Source: Chloroflexota bacterium (GTDB taxonomy: Bacteria; Chloroflexota; UBA11872; VXNJ01). From it: 63,665 nt of DNA. The stretch is taken from the NCBI GenBank assembly GCA_030744875.1, contig JASLPR010000036.1, forward strand, positions 1-63,665. Direction: 5' to 3'. The notes under the pieces are model-generated. The model did no database searches, was not told where the DNA came from, and saw nothing but the letters and a program-made list of their open reading frames with translations. Below are positions 20,513-31,882 of the stretch, in pieces. How positions within the stretch are numbered: the first letter of the stretch is position 1; the number at the start of each line of letters is the position of its first letter. A program made the translations under genes and the position numbers.

Positions 20513-20923
20513 CTACCCGCTCCGACGACGGGCGGCTCGGATCCTGGCGAGCGCCCGCAGCAACCGGATTCGCGCTTCGAGCACTTCGCTGGGGGTCATT
20601 GTCAGGCTCATGGCCTCGAGGGCGCGGTCGCGGGCGGCCTGGGCACGCTCCAGATCGATTTCGTCGGAGCGCTCGGAGGTGTCGGCCAGCACCGTCACCG
20701 TGTCACCGAGGACTTCGAGGAATCCGCCGCTGACGGCCAGGATGTCTTCTTCGCCGCCGCGCTGCAAAACGACCACTCCGGGGCTCAACTCGGTCACCAG
20801 CGGCGCGTGGCTCGGCAGGACGGCCAATTCGCCGTCAATTCCGGGAGCGACGACCACGTCTACGCCCTCTTCCGCCAGGACATGTCGCTCGGGGATTACC
20901 AGCTCAACAGTGAGTTTTGCCAT
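20513..20923 (-). CDS. atpC: F1 ATP synthase subunit epsilon
   Basis: 136 aa, directly downstream of atpD. LTVELVIPER...GELAVLPSHAPLVT is typical of epsilon. Confidence 0.9.
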   Translation of the reverse strand: MAKLTVELVIPERHVLAEEGVDVVVAPGIDGELAVLPSHAPLVTELSPGVVVLQRGGEEDILAVSGGFLEVLGDTVTVLADTSERSDEIDLERAQAARDRALEAMSLTMTPSEVLEARIRLLRALARIRAARRRSG

Positions 20924-20951
20924 TGGTTAAAAGTCTATCACCCGGCTTGGG

Positions 20952-23250
<2,299 letters not shown>

Positions 23251-23259
23251 CGGGGGCGG

Positions 23260-24801
23260 CTACTCCGCTTCGTCCACGGCGGCGGTTTCGCTGGTCAGGA
23301 AATGGTCGGCCCGGAAGGTGGTGAGGGCGGCGTCGAGCTTGACCAGCTCGTCGTCTTCGATGCGGCCGCTGTTGGCGATCGTCTGCACCAGGTCGGCCTC
23401 GGCCGAGCGCAGGTACTCCAGGGCCTCGCGCAGAAACCGCGCGGTGTCTTCGATGGGCAGCCCGTCGGCGGCGCCGGAGGTGCCGCAGCGGATGCAGATG
23501 ACCTGGTCGACGACCGGCTGCGGCTCGTACTGGCCTTGCTTGAGGATCTCCAGCAGGCGCTCGCCGCGGTCGAGTTGCCGGCGGGTGGATTCGTCAAGGT
23601 CGGATCCGAACTGGGCGAAGGCCGCCACTTCGCGGTACTGGGCCAGCTCCAGCCGCAGCCCGCCGGCGACGGCGCGCATGGCCTGTAGCTGGGCGTCGCC
23701 GCCCACCCGCGACACCGACAGACCGGCATTGACCGCCGGACGGTTACCGGCGTTGAACAGGGAAGGCTCGACGTATATCTGTCCGTCGGTGATGGAGATG
23801 ACGTTAGTGGGGACGTAGGTGGTGAGGTCGCCCTCCTGGGTTTCGATTATGGGCAACGCCGTGAGGCTGCCGTTGCCGGCCGCCTCGCTCATCCGCGCCG
23901 CCCGCTCGAGCAGCCGGGAGTGCAGGTAGAAGATGTCGCCGGGGTAGGCCTCGCGCCCGGGCGGCCGGCGCAAGAGCAGCGATATCTGGCGGTAGGCCCA
24001 GGAGTGCTTGGTGAGGTCGTCGTAGATGACCAGCGCGTCCTGGCCCTTGTCGCGGAAGTACTCGCCCATGGTGCAGCCGGAGAACGGGGCGATGTATTGC
24101 TGCCCAGCCGGGTCGCTGGCGCCGGCGGCGACGATGATGGTGTGGCCCATGGCGCCGAACTCTTCGAGCGTGGAGCACACGCTGGCGATCTGGCCGGCCT
24201 TCTGGCCGATGGCGACGTAGACGCAGATCACGCCGGTGTCGCGCTGGTTGATGATGGTGTCGACGGCGATGGCCGTCTTGCCGATCTGGCGGTCGCCGAT
24301 GATCAATTCGCGCTGGCCGCGCCCGACCGGGATCATGGAGTCGATGGCGCGGATGCCCGTCTGCAACGGGGTGTCAACGTTGGCCCGCAGGGTAACCCCG
24401 GGGGCCACCTTCTCGATGACGTCGGTCTGGTCGGTTTCGATGGGTCCGTGGCCGTCGATTGGCTCGCCGAGCGCGTTGACGATGCGCCCGAGCAGCGCCT
24501 CGCCGACCGGCACCTCGGCTACCCGGCCGGTGGTGCGGACTTCGTCGCCTTCTTTGATCTGTTCGTAGGCCCCGAGCAGCACCGCGCCGACCGAGTCTTC
24601 CTCGAGGTTCAGGGCCATGCCCAGCACGCCGCCGGGGAACTCCAATAGCTCTCCCGCCAACGCTTCGGACAGCCCGAAGATGCGGGCAATGCCATCGCCC
24701 ACTTCGACGACCGTGCCGACGTTGACGTCGCGGACGGCCGTATCGAGGGAATCGATTCGTTGTCGCAGAAGGGCGGTTAGGTCGTCTGAGTTAGTTGCCA
24801 T
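23260..24801 (-). CDS. atpA: F1 ATP synthase subunit alpha
   Basis: Walker A GDRQIGKT, 513 aa, conserved alpha signature [13 protein letters not shown]. Confidence 0.98.
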   Translation of the reverse strand: MATNSDDLTALLRQRIDSLDTAVRDVNVGTVVEVGDGIARIFGLSEALAGELLEFPGGVLGMALNLEEDSVGAVLLGAYEQIKEGDEVRTTGRVAEVPVGEALLGRIVNALGEPIDGHGPIETDQTDVIEKVAPGVTLRANVDTPLQTGIRAIDSMIPVGRGQRELIIGDRQIGKTAIAVDTIINQRDTGVICVYVAIGQKAGQIASVCSTLEEFGAMGHTIIVAAGASDPAGQQYIAPFSGCTMGEYFRDKGQDALVIYDDLTKHSWAYRQISLLLRRPPGREAYPGDIFYLHSRLLERAARMSEAAGNGSLTALPIIETQEGDLTTYVPTNVISITDGQIYVEPSLFNAGNRPAVNAGLSVSRVGGDAQLQAMRAVAGGLRLELAQYREVAAFAQFGSDLDESTRRQLDRGERLLEILKQGQYEPQPVVDQVICIRCGTSGAADGLPIEDTARFLREALEYLRSAEADLVQTIANSGRIEDDELVKLDAALTTFRADHFLTSETAAVDEAE

Positions 24802-24820
24802 GTCCTCGCAGGTGTCTACT

Positions 24821-25363
24821 TCAGCGGAGAGCCAGTTTCAGCGCTTCAAGCCTGGCGGCGACGCTGAAGTCGCGCCGCCAGTCGCCGTGGCGGAGTACGA
24901 ATCCGCCTTTGAGGGTGTCGTCTATTTCTTCGTAGAAAATCATGCGCCGGCCGGGCCGCTGCGTGCGCTCCCGCAATCCGTCGATGTCGGTGGCGCTCAT
25001 GGGCCGCGCCGAACGGACCGTGACCCGGTCGATCGGGCCTTCGGTTTCGCTGCGCCGCACGAACTGGGCTCGAGCGGCCGGGACGAGGTCGAAGGTGCCG
25101 TCCTCGACGAAGATGCGCCCGAACGCTCGACCGCGTTCGCCGAGGATGCCGGCGGTGATGGTGTCGAAATCGGCCAGCCGTTCGGCCGGCACCGCGCCGG
25201 GTCGCGCGACCACCGCCCGCACCGCCGGATCGTTGGCGATCCGGTAGAGCTGGATAGTCTCGCCTTCCCAGTCCTCCCAATCGTCGCCGTCCCCGGCCGC
25301 GTCAAGCACGGCGGACACGTACTGCCGTACGCGGCGGCGATCGGAGTGTTCGTCGCGTCTCAT
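24821..25363 (-). CDS. atpH: F1 ATP synthase subunit delta (OSCP)
   Basis: 180 aa between atpF and atpA. C-terminal [29 protein letters not shown] is typical of delta. Its ATGA overlaps the atpF stop. Confidence 0.8.
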   Translation of the reverse strand: MRRDEHSDRRRVRQYVSAVLDAAGDGDDWEDWEGETIQLYRIANDPAVRAVVARPGAVPAERLADFDTITAGILGERGRAFGRIFVEDGTFDLVPAARAQFVRRSETEGPIDRVTVRSARPMSATDIDGLRERTQRPGRRMIFYEEIDDTLKGGFVLRHGDWRRDFSVAARLEALKLALR

Positions 25364-25869
25364 GAGGTCTGGCTGCGAATTTCTTCGAGCGCCTCATCAA
25401 CGAGGCGACGATGCTCGGGGTCGTCGATGGAACGGTCCAGCACTTTGCCGGTGGCTTCGATCACCAGGCCGGCGATCTCGTGCTCGGCTTCGTGCAGGGC
25501 CGTTTCTTTGATCATGATGGCGTCGCGCTCGGCGTCTATGCGGACCTTTTCGGCCGCCTCGCGAGCGCGGTGCATCTCTTCTTCCTCAACGTCGGCGACG
25601 CGCCGGATGGTCTCCTGGCGCACGCGGTGGGCCTCTTCCTGCCGGTCGCGCACCTCGGCCTCGAACTGCGCCTGGTCCTGCTCGACCTGGACCTTCATCT
25701 CTTCGGCCTGCTCCAGGCTTTCGCGGATCTGCGCGCGCCGGGCCTGCAGCGTCTGCTGCAACGGGCCGTAGAGCACCTTGTACATGATCCATACGAAGAT
25801 CAGGAACGAGGTGAACTGAATCAGGATGTTGGGGAAAAGGATCCCTACGGTGTCGAATAGCTCGATCAT
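25360..25869 (-). CDS. atpF: Fo ATP synthase subunit b
   Basis: Single N-terminal TM helix followed by a long charged coiled coil. Operon position fits. Confidence 0.85.
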   Translation of the reverse strand: MIELFDTVGILFPNILIQFTSFLIFVWIMYKVLYGPLQQTLQARRAQIRESLEQAEEMKVQVEQDQAQFEAEVRDRQEEAHRVRQETIRRVADVEEEEMHRAREAAEKVRIDAERDAIMIKETALHEAEHEIAGLVIEATGKVLDRSIDDPEHRRLVDEALEEIRSQTS

Positions 25870-25905
25870 CTGTTGCCCCTATTCACAGGGAGGTCGGGGA
25901 CGGAA

Positions 25906-26151
<246 letters not shown>

Positions 26152-26161
26152 TCAGGCAGTT

Positions 26162-26911
26162 CTAATGGTGCTCTTCGGATCCGATTGAAACGCTGGTGAA
26201 GCTTACGGTGAGCATGGTGAAGACGATCGCCTGAATCAACCCGAACAGGAGCTCGAGCACCAGGAAGATCGCGCCGACGATCCAGCCCTGCCAGTTGGCC
26301 AGGCCCAGCAGGACCTCGCCGGCGAACAGGTTGCCGAAGAGCCGGAATGACAGGGAAACGATTACGAAAAGTTCGATGACCAGGAAGATCGGAAACAGCA
26401 ACGGCGAGTTCTGGGCGACCGATTTGATGTGACCGATGAGGCCGTGCGAGCGGATGCCGGTGGAATGGATGACCAGGAACGCGCCGATGGCCAGCGCCAG
26501 CGTGAGGTTGATGTCGGCGGTGGCCGGGCGCAGGTAGGGAATCACGACTTCGTGACCGTCGTGCACTTCGACGTAGCCCACCATCCCCACCAGCGGCAAC
26601 AGGCTGAACCAGTTCGAGAAGAGAATCAAAATGAAGAACGAGGCGATCAGCGGGTACAACTGCTGGCTGAACCGCCCGAGCGCCGAGCCCACCAAGCCTT
26701 CGACCGCTTCGAGGAGGAACTCCATCAGGTTCTGCGCGGCGCCGGGGACCATGCCCACGTTGCGCCGCACCAGGAGGGCGGGAACGATCAGCGCGATCAT
26801 CACCACGAACATGATGACCATCGAGTTGGTCAGCCGGAACAGCCCGAGCGGAGTCTCCCACTCGCAACCGTGGCAAATTGGCTCCGCCTTGATCGAAAAG
26901 TCAGGAAGCAA
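26162..26911 (-). CDS. atpB: Fo ATP synthase subunit a
   Basis: Conserved LSFRLFGNLFAGE motif, 249 aa, polytopic. Confidence 0.93.
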   Translation of the reverse strand: MLPDFSIKAEPICHGCEWETPLGLFRLTNSMVIMFVVMIALIVPALLVRRNVGMVPGAAQNLMEFLLEAVEGLVGSALGRFSQQLYPLIASFFILILFSNWFSLLPLVGMVGYVEVHDGHEVVIPYLRPATADINLTLALAIGAFLVIHSTGIRSHGLIGHIKSVAQNSPLLFPIFLVIELFVIVSLSFRLFGNLFAGEVLLGLANWQGWIVGAIFLVLELLFGLIQAIVFTMLTVSFTSVSIGSEEHH

Positions 26912-27124
26912 CTATTCGCGCTGCCATCTAAAGATCAAAACCATCACGTAGAAACTAAGCCCCAGTCCCAGCAAAACTCCGACCATGAACAGCCACGGCA
27001 TCGTGCCCCATTGATCGTCCAGGTACCGCCCGAGCAGCACTCCGGTGGTGATGAAGGAGCCGACTACAAAACCGAACTCCAGCGCGAGAGCGGCGGCACG
27101 TAACGGGCCCACAAGCTCCCTCAC
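26912..27124 (-). CDS. AtpI/AtpZ-like small membrane protein (start uncertain: GTG 27166, 27124 or 27112)
   Basis: Two TM helices (LALEFGFVVGSFITTGVLLG and WLFMVGVLLGLGLSFYVMVLIF) abut the atpB start. The ATG at 27316 gives an implausible Arg/Pro-rich extension. The GTG at 27166 lies inside a strong hairpin. Confidence 0.5.
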   Translation of the reverse strand: MRELVGPLRAAALALEFGFVVGSFITTGVLLGRYLDDQWGTMPWLFMVGVLLGLGLSFYVMVLIFRWQRE

Positions 27125-27136
27125 CAGAGTCCAAAC

Positions 27137-27174
27137 ACGGGGATCGTGAAACGTGAAACATTTCACATCCCCGT
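27137..27174 (-). promoter_or_regulatory. AT-rich nested palindrome / stem-loop in the atp operon leader
   Basis: ACGGGGAT (27137-27144) pairs perfectly with ATCCCCGT (27167-27174). Inside the loop are tandem CGTGAAA CGTGAAA and the inner inverted repeat GTGAAA-CA-TTTCAC. Confidence 0.35.
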
Positions 27175-27183
27175 ACCGGCAGA

Positions 27184-27211
27184 ATGTTAGCACGCCGCCC
27201 GGCCTACTCAA
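27184..27211 (-). promoter_or_regulatory. candidate promoter for the atp operon (TTGAGT-N16-TAACAT on the minus strand)
   Basis: Read on the minus strand: TTGAGT (27211-27206), a 16-nt spacer, then TAACAT (27189-27184), just upstream of the leader hairpin. Confidence 0.3.
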
Positions 27212-27330
27212 AGACCCTGCGCAAACCTGTCGCCGGGCGGTTTTGGGCCGCTCGCGGAGACGGTCTCCGGCCGGGTGAATATTTGCCCCACACGGCGCCG
27301 GTGACCTATGTTGCAAGGACGAAATTCCCG

Positions 27331-27483
27331 ATGGAGGCAGCGATGACAGAGTCCCGCGAACGGACGCCGGATATCAGGACCCCGGACCGGCGCTTTCCCC
27401 GCGTGTTCGCGATCGCCGTTGTGGTAGCGATGGTGGCGCTGGCGATCTTCGGAAGCTGGGGGTTCGCGACCTTCGGGGCATAG
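27331..27483 (+). CDS. hypothetical small membrane protein (50 aa)
   Basis: ATG start. One TM helix (VFAIAVVVAMVALAIFGSWGFATF) after a charged N-terminus. High GC3. No homology recognised. Confidence 0.3.
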   Translation: MEAAMTESRERTPDIRTPDRRFPRVFAIAVVVAMVALAIFGSWGFATFGA

Positions 27484-27497
27484 GTCCGCGCCGCCAG

Positions 27498-28946
27498 CTA
27501 GCCGGCGTAGAAATACATTTCCTCGAACGCGATGCGGGCCGCCTCTGCCGCGTCTTCGGGCTCGGCCTTTTGCAAGAACACCGGCCGGTCGAGGGTGTTG
27601 ATCATCAGGCCGCGGTCAGCGCCGGTGAGCTGGATAGCTCGCGACCGGTTCAGCGCCAACGTAAGCGCTTCGACGTCTTCGTCACGGATGGATCGCGAGG
27701 CGACTCGCATCCGCTCGACGTCGGCCTTCATGGCCGTCGGGAACATGGCGTCGCCGATGGACTCATAGATCTGCATAAGCCCCAGGATGGCGGCCTCGGG
27801 CTCGTGGGAACTGGCCAACAGGCCGATCATCATGTGGATCTCGGTGGGCGTGCGGTGCCCGCGCCCGCCGGGCAGCGGGGCAAGGTCGAATCCGCCGCCG
27901 TTTCCGTCTTCTTTGCGCCAGGCGCTCAGGAACCAGCCACTGTTGGCGGGGAACGACATCATCCCGTTGTTGGGATCGCTCAATACGCCGCGCATCTGCC
28001 GCCAGGAGTGGGGGGAGTTGCCGCCGCTGATGTTGTAGGAACTGCGCTGCTCGTAGGCCAGGCCGTGCATGAGATCAAGCGCGCGCAGGGCGGCGTCGCT
28101 GACCAGGTCTTCTTCGCCGCCTTCGAATCCGGGCAGCGCGGCCCCGGCACTGGTGAGCCAGGCCCAGGACGGCGGCACCGGCCACTGGCCGCCTTCGGCG
28201 GTGACCATCTGTACGAAACCGAAGGCGTCGGGCCGATCGGCGCCGGCCGAGGAGAATGTCATCCGGGCGACGTTCTCCAGGAATTGGTCGATGTCCCAGG
28301 GATCGGGACCGGGCAGCTTGATGCTGTATTCGCCGAGCCGCCTGCGGTTGAACATCAGTACCCACGGCCCCAGCATGAGCGGGATAGCCATCTGGCGGCC
28401 GCGAATCTGCCCGGCGGCGAGGCTGTCGCCCCAGTAGGCATTGGCGTCGAGCAGGTGGCCCAGCGACGAGACCTTGTCCATCGGGATCAGGGTGCCGTTT
28501 TCCTCCAGGTCTCGTAGCTGCGAAACAGGGAAGATGATCAGATCAACCGGCTTGCTACTGGGGAAGGAGGCAATCATCTGCCCGAGCGTGATTTCCTCGG
28601 GAAAGCCGAGCGGGTCGGAGTTGAGCCGGACGACCTCTTCGTCACCGGTGCCGGCGCGCGCGATGAGGCTGCGGTAGTCGTTGCCCCGGGGGCCCCAAGC
28701 GGACTGTACGAACGCGACTGAGATGGGCTGAGTTGGCAGGAGCAACCCGGTGGGCCGGGTGGACGCCGCCCGCGCGATGGCGTCCGATTGCAGCAGGCCT
28801 TCCTGGTACTCGTTCAGCTCGGGGAGCGCTTCGACCGAACGCCCGCAGGCCGCCAGCACCGCGGCCGCTCCGGCGGCCAGCCCGCCGATAAAGCGCCGGC
28901 GGGTCGTCCCGATCCGGCTATGCGTGTCCTTTTGCGTGTCGCTCAT
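27498..28946 (-). CDS. ABC transporter extracellular solute-binding lipoprotein (family 1, sugar-type), Tat signal
   Basis: Twin-arginine signal TRRRFIGGLAAGAAAVLAACG with a lipobox Cys. SBP_bac_1-like length. Start set to ATG 28946 (MSDTQKD). Confidence 0.85.
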   Translation of the reverse strand: MSDTQKDTHSRIGTTRRRFIGGLAAGAAAVLAACGRSVEALPELNEYQEGLLQSDAIARAASTRPTGLLLPTQPISVAFVQSAWGPRGNDYRSLIARAGTGDEEVVRLNSDPLGFPEEITLGQMIASFPSSKPVDLIIFPVSQLRDLEENGTLIPMDKVSSLGHLLDANAYWGDSLAAGQIRGRQMAIPLMLGPWVLMFNRRRLGEYSIKLPGPDPWDIDQFLENVARMTFSSAGADRPDAFGFVQMVTAEGGQWPVPPSWAWLTSAGAALPGFEGGEEDLVSDAALRALDLMHGLAYEQRSSYNISGGNSPHSWRQMRGVLSDPNNGMMSFPANSGWFLSAWRKEDGNGGGFDLAPLPGGRGHRTPTEIHMMIGLLASSHEPEAAILGLMQIYESIGDAMFPTAMKADVERMRVASRSIRDEDVEALTLALNRSRAIQLTGADRGLMINTLDRPVFLQKAEPEDAAEAARIAFEEMYFYAG

Positions 28947-29011
28947 CCCCACCGGAGCCTCTCCAGCCGCCGAACAATTTACCGGCTGCGGGGGCCGGTG
29001 GGCCCGTGCCG

Positions 29012-31033
29012 CTAGTGGTAACTGCGGGCGTCGGTCTCCTTCATTTCCCGTCCGGAGGGCACATCTTTGAGGCGCCATATCTCTCCGCCCAGACCAACCA
29101 AGTATACAAGTCGATCACGGCTGAACGCAGGGGAAACCGCGACTTGCAGGACCGAACGGTTCTGCAGCCCTTCGTTGAACGACTCCCAGGTGAGACCGCG
29201 ATCGCCGGAGCGGAAGACGCCGTCGCTGCCGCCGACATACATGACCGCCTCTTCTTCGAATTCCGGGGTGCCGGTGAGCGACAGGATGGCGGTCTTGGTG
29301 ACGTTGGGCTTGACGCCGGACCAGACCTGGCGGAACCGGCGCGCCGGCTTGAAGACCTGGTTTTCAGCAGCGAAGTACCAGGAGTTGTTCTGCCCGCTGT
29401 AGTCGGACGGCAGAAAACAGGAAATCCACTGCGCGTCGGTGCCGTGCTGGACCCAGCGCTTCCAGGTCTTGCCGCCGTCGACGGAGCGGTGCATTGCGGC
29501 CCGGCGGCTGCCGATGGTGCCGGCGACGATGGTTTTGTCCTCGGCGTAGGAGGGTGAGATCTGTAGCTCGGCGACGGTCTCGCCCTCGAAGTTCTCTTCC
29601 AGCGCCCGGAAACTGCAACCGGCGGTGGTGCTGATGAAGGTTTCGCCGAGGACGCCGCCGGCGACGACCGTCTCGTCATCGGCGAAGTTGGGCGATACCG
29701 CCACCGAGCGCACGTCGCGCTTGCCAAGCCCGCGCGAGCAGCGCTTCCAGGAGTCGCCGCCGTCGGCGGTCTTGTAGAGCCCGTCGCCGGTGGCCGCGAA
29801 GGCAATCCCGTCGTTGGCGAAGTCGGCGGAGAAAGCGATCCGGTTGACCGGGATGGCTTCGGTGCCCTTGGCGGCATCGGCCCAGCCGGCGCCGCCATCG
29901 GAACTGCGGAAGATGCCGCCGGCGGCTCCGCCGGCCAGCATCACCGGCTTGTTCTCGAAGTCGGGCGAGAGTGCCAGGCAGAGCCAATTCTGGCTGGCCA
30001 GATTGCGGCTGGAGTCCGTCCAAGTGTCGCCGCCGTCGGTGGAGCGGCGCGCGCCCTGCTCGAAGGTGCCAGCGAGCACGACTGTCTTCCCCTTCGCGCC
30101 GGCGAAGGCGACGAGCGATAGGATCGGGTAGGCGTCCTCAGGAGCGGAGACCAGTTCCCAGCTCTGGCCGCCGTCGATGCTGCGGTGGATGCCGCCTTCG
30201 CCGGTGCCGGCGAAAACGGTGTTGTCTTTGGCGTAGTCGGGCGAGACGGCGATGGCGTTGACGGACTGCTCTTCGAGCCCGGCGCCGGCGCTGAAACTCT
30301 TGCCGCCGTCGTCGCTGAGCCAGAGGCCGCTGGTCTCACTGCCGGTGAAGAGGCGTCCGCCGTCGCTGAGACTGGCGGAGCTGGCCAGGCATTGGAATGT
30401 TTCTTTGTGGAGTTCCGCCTGGCCAACCTGGTCCCAGGTGCGGCCGCCGTCGCTGGAGCGGTAGAGGCCGCCGTCGGTGACGGAGCAGAAGACGCGCTGG
30501 TCGGATTCGAAGTCCGGGGAGACCAGGATGGCCTGGTTGGATTCGCCACCGAGGCCGCTGTTGGAGGTGTTCCAAGTACGCCCGGCGTTGACGGTGCGGA
30601 AGACGCCTTCGTCGTCGGAGCCGATAAAGGCCGTACGGTCGTTTTCGTAGGCTGGCGAGAAGCCGATGCAGGTGACGTCAGGGACGACGCCCCAGAAGTC
30701 GAGCCGGTTCCAGCGATTGCCGCCGTCGACGCTGCCGAACGCGCCCACCTGGGCCGCAGCCGCTATCAGCGTACGGTCCTTCTGGAAGTTCGGGGAGACG
30801 GAAACGAACTGCACGTAGGGGCTGGCGAGCCCGGTGTTGCTGATTGCCCAGCTGACGCCGTCATCTTCGGAGACGAAGACGCCGGCCATCGTGCCGGCCC
30901 ACACCCGACGCTCTCCATCGGGCCCGGGGGCCACGCTGAGCGCGGCGACGGTGCCGCCTTCGCGGCCGCCAACGCGCTCCCAGACGTTCTCGGCGATTTT
31001 GGCTTTTGCTTTTACCGGGGACTTCTTGGCCAT
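29012..31033 (-). CDS. BNR/Asp-box repeat protein (double beta-propeller, sortilin/GH74/Ycf48-like), no signal peptide
   Basis: About 12 Asp-box motifs (SxDxGxTW variants): SEDDGVSW, SVDGGNRW, SSDGGRTW, SIDGGQSW, STDGGDTW, SSDGGAGW, TADGGDSW, SVDGGKTW, SGDRGLTW and others. Lys-rich N-terminus MAKKSPVKAKAK. Confidence 0.85.
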   Translation of the reverse strand: MAKKSPVKAKAKIAENVWERVGGREGGTVAALSVAPGPDGERRVWAGTMAGVFVSEDDGVSWAISNTGLASPYVQFVSVSPNFQKDRTLIAAAAQVGAFGSVDGGNRWNRLDFWGVVPDVTCIGFSPAYENDRTAFIGSDDEGVFRTVNAGRTWNTSNSGLGGESNQAILVSPDFESDQRVFCSVTDGGLYRSSDGGRTWDQVGQAELHKETFQCLASSASLSDGGRLFTGSETSGLWLSDDGGKSFSAGAGLEEQSVNAIAVSPDYAKDNTVFAGTGEGGIHRSIDGGQSWELVSAPEDAYPILSLVAFAGAKGKTVVLAGTFEQGARRSTDGGDTWTDSSRNLASQNWLCLALSPDFENKPVMLAGGAAGGIFRSSDGGAGWADAAKGTEAIPVNRIAFSADFANDGIAFAATGDGLYKTADGGDSWKRCSRGLGKRDVRSVAVSPNFADDETVVAGGVLGETFISTTAGCSFRALEENFEGETVAELQISPSYAEDKTIVAGTIGSRRAAMHRSVDGGKTWKRWVQHGTDAQWISCFLPSDYSGQNNSWYFAAENQVFKPARRFRQVWSGVKPNVTKTAILSLTGTPEFEEEAVMYVGGSDGVFRSGDRGLTWESFNEGLQNRSVLQVAVSPAFSRDRLVYLVGLGGEIWRLKDVPSGREMKETDARSYH

Positions 31034-31183
31034 GCGGGTAGTTCCTCAAATGTGGCGGTGCAGCGGGTTGCGTCAATGCGCGAAGGGCTGGTCTTGAGAT
31101 GGAGGGTCGCGGCCGGACAGCGTACGCGGCCGAGTTCAGGACACTAAAGGATGAAGTCGGCGGGCGCAAATCCTTTCAGCACC

Positions 31184-31882
31184 TCAGGGCATCTCCAGAA
31201 CCGTGCCCGGGAAGATGGCATCGACGTCTTCAATGCCGTTCAATCGCTGCAGGACATCGATGTCGATGCCGAATCGATCAGCGATCCCCTGCAGGGTGTC
31301 GCCCTCGGCGACGGTGTAGCTGTCGGGGCTCCCACCGGAACCGGGCACCTGTCGGCTGGGGTTGGGAATCTTGAGAACCTGGCCGACCTGAATCTGGTCA
31401 GGATCGTCGATTTCGTTGACCTCCATCAGCGCCTCAACCGGCACGCGGTAGCGGTCGGCAATCTGCCCCAGGATGTCGCCGGCGACGACCGTGTATTCGG
31501 TGGGGCCGGTGTCGCCGGGAGGTGCGAGGAGATCGATGGTGTCGGGATCGGCAAGCTCTTCCGGCAAGGCGGTGGCGCGGGGCGCGACCGGCCGAATCGT
31601 GGGCAGCGAAATCGCCGCGTTGTCGGTGGGGAAGCTGATGTCCGGCCCCTTTTCGGCGGCGTACTGAACCGCCGTCTGGCGGGCGCTTTCGGTGTATTTG
31701 GTCTCCTGCCAGTCGAGGATGCGCCAGGTGACGAGGACCGCCGCCAGCAGGATTACCACGCGACCGATTTGAATCCAGCTGTGATCGATGACCCTCACCG
31801 CGTCGTGGCCGGTGACCGGCGACCACGTGAGACGGCCGGTCGATTCGACCGGGCTGACCCGCCCGGTGGGGCTTTCGGTCAC
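31184..31882 (-). CDS. membrane-anchored protein with two LysM domains
   Basis: One TM helix (VVILLAAVLVTWRIL). LysM repeats YTVVAGDILGQIADRYRVPVEALMEVN and YTVAEGDTLQGIADRFGIDIDVLQRLN. GTGA overlap with the upstream stop. Confidence 0.85.
   Translation of the reverse strand: MTESPTGRVSPVESTGRLTWSPVTGHDAVRVIDHSWIQIGRVVILLAAVLVTWRILDWQETKYTESARQTAVQYAAEKGPDISFPTDNAAISLPTIRPVAPRATALPEELADPDTIDLLAPPGDTGPTEYTVVAGDILGQIADRYRVPVEALMEVNEIDDPDQIQVGQVLKIPNPSRQVPGSGGSPDSYTVAEGDTLQGIADRFGIDIDVLQRLNGIEDVDAIFPGTVLEMP

Noticed and set aside
27167-27316. Long form of the AtpI-like ORF starting at ATG 27316.
   Set aside because: The extension (MQHRSPAPCGANIHPAGDRLRERPKTARRQ...) is Arg/Pro-rich and non-membrane. 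It also spans the promoter-like element and the leader hairpin. A downstream GTG start is more plausible.
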